Assembly: GCA_027064425.1 (NCBI GenBank)
Contig: JAMOPO010000052.1
Span: forward strand, 147,010-179,009
Source of the DNA: Methanobacteriota archaeon
GTDB taxonomy: Archaea > JAADCQ01 > Methanopyri > Methanopyrales > Methanopyraceae
Direction of reading: 5' to 3'
Length of the DNA stretch: 32,000 nt
The number at the start of each line of letters is the position of its first letter. Position 1 is the first letter of the stretch. A program made the position numbers and the translations under genes. Positions 30,855-32,000 of this stretch are shown one piece after another. The notes beneath the pieces are model-generated. The model made no database searches, had not been told where the DNA came from, and was given only the letters and a program-made list of their open reading frames with translations.

Positions 30855-32000
30855 GAGCCTGAAGAACGCGCTCGAGGAGCTGGCTGGTAAGTCGGACTCG
30901 AACATCGAGGGACTGGTGGAGGCGCTGGACGACCTGATCACGCTGATGGAGAAGACCGGGGTGAAGGACCTCCGCGACCTCATCGAGGAGTTCAAGGACC
31001 TCAAGCAGGAGAAGAAGCGCCTGGAGGAGCTCCTGCAGGAGTACTTCAAGCGGCTTGAGGAGCTGGAGCGGAAGCTGAAGGCGCAGGAGGAGAAGCTCAG
31101 GATCGAGGCGCGGCGCCGGAAGACGCTGGAGAAGGAGCTGGAGATGGAGCGGGACGAGAAGGCCGAGCTGCGGGAGGAGCTCCGGCGGAAGGAGGTGATG
31201 ATCGAGAAGCTCCGGAACGACCTGCAGCGGCTGAAGAAGCCGCCGCTGATCGTGGGCACGGTGGAGGAGGTGCTCGACGACGGCCGCGTCATCGTCAAGA
31301 GCTCGACCGGGCCGAAGTTCGTCTCGAACGTCAGCCCAACCGTGGACAAGGACAAGATCGAGCCGGGCGCGAACGTGGCGCTGAACCAGCAGAGCATGGC
31401 CGTCGTCGACGTGCTGCCCTCGGAGAAGGACCCGCGGGTCACGGCCATGGAGGTGGAGGAGGATCCGGACGTCACGTACGACGACATCGGCGGCCTCGAC
31501 AAGCAGATCCAAGAGATCCGAGAGGTCGTGGAGAAGCCGCTCAAGGAGCCCGAGCTGTTCGAGAAGGTCGGCGTCGAGCCGCCGAAGGGCGTGCTCCTGT
31601 ACGGACCGCCCGGCACGGGTAAGACCCTGCTCGCCCGCGCGGTCGCTCACCACGCGGACGCGACGTTCATCCGGCTCGCCGCGCCCGAGCTCGTCCAGAA
31701 GTTCATCGGCGAGGGTGCCCGGCTGGTGCGCGAGCTGTTCGAGCTGGCTCGGGAGAAGGCTCCGAGCATCATCTTCATCGACGAGATCGACGCCATCGGC
31801 GCCCGACGCATGCGGGACGCCACGAGCGGCGACCGCGAGGTGCAGCGGACGCTGACGCAGCTCCTGGCCGAGATGGACGGCTTCGACCCGCTCGACGACA
31901 TCAAGGTCATCGCCGCGACCAACCGGAAGGACATCCTGGACCCGGCACTGCTCCGGCCCGGCCGGTTCGACCGGCACATCAAGATCCCGCTGCCGGACGA
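30790..32000 (+). CDS. pan: Proteasome-activating nucleotidase (PAN, AAA+ ATPase), 3' end beyond window
   Basis: TTG 30790, about 8-10 nt after GAGGTGG. Long coiled coil, then the OB domain [27 protein letters not shown], Walker A GPPGTGKT, Walker [10 protein letters not shown], and the second region of homology [20 protein letters not shown]. No stop before the window end. Confidence 0.92.
   Translation, partial: MADDLDSLLPKTSESTSLSTLKSLKNALEELAGKSDSNIEGLVEALDDLITLMEKTGVKDLRDLIEEFKDLKQEKKRLEELLQEYFKRLEELERKLKAQEEKLRIEARRRKTLEKELEMERDEKAELREELRRKEVMIEKLRNDLQRLKKPPLIVGTVEEVLDDGRVIVKSSTGPKFVSNVSPTVDKDKIEPGANVALNQQSMAVVDVLPSEKDPRVTAMEVEEDPDVTYDDIGGLDKQIQEIREVVEKPLKEPELFEKVGVEPPKGVLLYGPPGTGKTLLARAVAHHADATFIRLAAPELVQKFIGEGARLVRELFELAREKAPSIIFIDEIDAIGARRMRDATSGDREVQRTLTQLLAEMDGFDPLDDIKVIAATNRKDILDPALLRPGRFDRHIKIPLPD

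Noticed and set aside
30762-31977. Two long minus-strand ORFs (284 aa, S-rich; 383 aa, L/R/D-rich)
   Set aside because: Both are antisense to pan, whose AAA+ and OB motifs are unambiguous. The compositions are shadows of the K/E/L coiled-coil codons.
1-32000. Scan for CRISPR arrays, tandem or inverted long repeats, IS/transposase or integrase genes, tRNA/rRNA genes and inteins
   Set aside because: No regularly spaced repeats, no transposase- or integrase-like ORFs, no cloverleaf-sized non-coding gaps (the largest spacer is about 77 nt), and no intein blocks in the helicase, MetRS or PAN. The scan was by eye only, so small RNAs embedded in coding regions cannot be excluded.

Overview
GC-rich, almost gap-free archaeal chromosome segment. 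The gene content (TBP, TFB, Gar1, PAN, aSUI1, RNase P Rpp29, an L22-S3-L29 block, 2-phosphoglycerate kinase, a CofE-like protein and an ASKHA protein possibly of the methanogenesis-marker-12 type), together with very acidic or Arg-rich proteins, points to a hyperthermophilic methanogen. It looks most like Methanopyrus, but that is inference and is not verified. I call 44 CDSs (the last runs off the window) and four TATA-like promoter candidates. I found no rRNA, tRNA, CRISPR array, IS element or large repeat. Nearly all other ORFs on the track are R/G/P/S-rich off-frame shadows typical of high-GC DNA. The strongest candidate for something undescribed is a tight four-gene plus-strand cassette at 18185-20520. 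It encodes an orphan 134-aa protein, a wHTH-PhoU fusion, a 241-aa protein and a small ribbon-helix-helix protein. The 241-aa protein follows the FtsZ/tubulin GTPase-domain loop order and spacing, but its nucleotide-binding signatures are degenerate and it has no C-terminal domain. The second candidate is the co-directional run at 27876-30854. It contains two left-handed beta-helix proteins with unknown C-terminal domains, a CitG-like triphosphoribosyl-dephospho-CoA synthase homologue and an MdcG/CitX-like nucleotidyltransferase-fold protein. Other notable points are:
- a fragmented ribosomal-protein operon with an antisense methyltransferase inserted
- divergent genes whose start codons overlap
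- seven long same-strand overlaps with G/R/P-rich tails
- a Gar1 with a poly-Arg tail
- a ferredoxin/zinc-ribbon fusion upstream of gar1-tfb
- an uncharacterised membrane module wedged between hisB and metG

All family assignments come from motif reading by eye; no searches were run.
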